IMG/VR virus record: IMGVR_UViG_3300011429_000003
Span: 2,184 to 66,183 of that record
Strand: one strand, 5' to 3'
Length of the DNA stretch: 64,000 nt
Origin: a virus
Taxonomy: Duplodnaviria; Caudoviricetes
Shown here: positions 63,094 through 64,000 of the stretch, in pieces
How the letters are laid out: every line of letters starts with the position of its first letter
How positions within the stretch are numbered: the stretch's first letter is position 1
Notes under the pieces: model-generated
Databases searched by the model: none
What the model saw: only the letters and a program-made list of their open reading frames with translations
Told to the model about the DNA's origin: nothing
Made by a program: the position numbers and the translations under genes

Positions 63094-64000
63094 GGTAGTA
63101 CCGCCAACTGTTCGCACGCGCGCGTGACCGCCGTGTACAACCAGCGCCACCTGTCCTTGCCGAAACGTCTGCTCTCGTCTACGATCACTACGTTCCCCCA
63201 CTGACTACCCTGGGCCTTGTGGCACGTGAGCGCGTACCCGAACTGAAAGTGTTCGGCGTCGCGGGCCAGTGCCCAGGGGACCTCGTCGCCCATGAACGGC
63301 GCCTTGTGTGCCAGCACGGTGGGGCCGTCGTGCAGCTCCAACACTATGCCCAGCTCGCCCATGTCGCGGGCGTCGTCCACGCTGTACACCATGCCGTTCA
63401 GAATTCCGTACTCGTGATTGTTGCGCGTACACACCACCTTGTCGCCCGGCATGGGCAGCGGGTCGGTCATCTGCAGCAGATGACGAAGCCGCGTGTTGCA
63501 GTAGTTGCGCGTGTTGTTAGTGCCTACGATGACCTGGTCTGCCGCCTTGGCCAGCTCCTCGCTGGTGGGGCCATGCTGGTGGGCACCGCGCACCACGCAG
63601 GGGCTGTCGGCGGGGAGCCTGCGCTCCTCCCTTATAATGGTGGCCAGGTGCAGTATGGGGTTGTCGTGTGCCTGGCGGTGCACCTCGGTGAGCAGGGTGT
63701 CCGGGTCGCCCCGCATGAAGGCACCCTCACCGTACACGGGCGGCAGCTGGAACGGATCGCCGAGCACGAGCACCTTGCACCCGAACGACAGGATGTCGGC
63801 GGCCATCTGGTCGTTGACCATGCTGGCCTCGTCTATCACCAGGAGGTCGGCTTCCAGTAGCGGAGACATCAGATTCAAACTGAAGCTGGGCTTGCGCAAG
63901 TTCTCCTTCTCCAGGTCTATCGCGGTGCGCAGCTTCGCCAGATCTGGCGCGCTCACGTCCGCCTGGCTCAGCATCACTTCCAGCTGCTTCTGTAGTTCCT
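63090..64000 (-). CDS. SF1B RecD/Dda-like helicase, C-terminal part (runs off window end)
   Basis: IDEASMV, LGDPFQLPPV, LTEVHRQA, YALTCHKAQGSQW, WLYTAVTRA. Confidence 0.93.
   Translation of the reverse strand, partial: ELQKQLEVMLSQADVSAPDLAKLRTAIDLEKENLRKPSFSLNLMSPLLEADLLVIDEASMVNDQMAADILSFGCKVLVLGDPFQLPPVYGEGAFMRGDPDTLLTEVHRQAHDNPILHLATIIREERRLPADSPCVVRGAHQHGPTSEELAKAADQVIVGTNNTRNYCNTRLRHLLQMTDPLPMPGDKVVCTRNNHEYGILNGMVYSVDDARDMGELGIVLELHDGPTVLAHKAPFMGDEVPWALARDAEHFQFGYALTCHKAQGSQWGNVVIVDESRRFGKDRWRWLYTAVTRACEQLAVLP

Overview
The window is about 64 kb of a GC-rich, tailed (siphovirus-like) bacteriophage genome, cut inside its replication arm; a SNF2-like helicase runs off base 1 and a RecD/Dda-like helicase runs off base 64000. 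A rightward arm (about 2.8-44.2 kb) carries small early genes, an NAD salvage pair (NMNAT-Nudix plus NAMPT), a repeat-rich non-coding gap, and a full virion module: terminase, portal, capsid, tail with a -1 frameshifted chaperone, tape measure, tail tip and GH108 endolysin. A leftward arm (64000 to 44.2 kb, continuing from 2.67 kb to 1) carries helicase, a DNA-modification cluster, family A DNA polymerase, primase-helicase, SPFH, small membrane or secreted proteins and an RNA array. Four things stand out. (1) An RNA array at 47.7-48.15 kb: a GNRA-capped structured RNA, a circularly permuted tRNA-like RNA with an internal CCA (Y-RNA/YrlA-like, with no Ro gene in the window), tRNA-Thr, and a 34-nt alanine-type minihelix (G3.U70, A73, CCA). 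(2) A thymidine-hypermodification cluster in which a dUMP hydroxymethylase and a 5-hmdU DNA kinase-family gene are paired with two GT-B glycosyltransferases instead of the amino-acid:DNA transferase of known pathways, predicting glycosylated 5-hydroxymethyluracil. (3) A divergent PvcA/DIT1 isonitrile-synthase-like gene. (4) An unannotated -1 frameshift extension at 2.24-2.47 kb. No integrase, CRISPR array or rRNA was seen. All protein assignments come from motif recognition by eye, not database searches.
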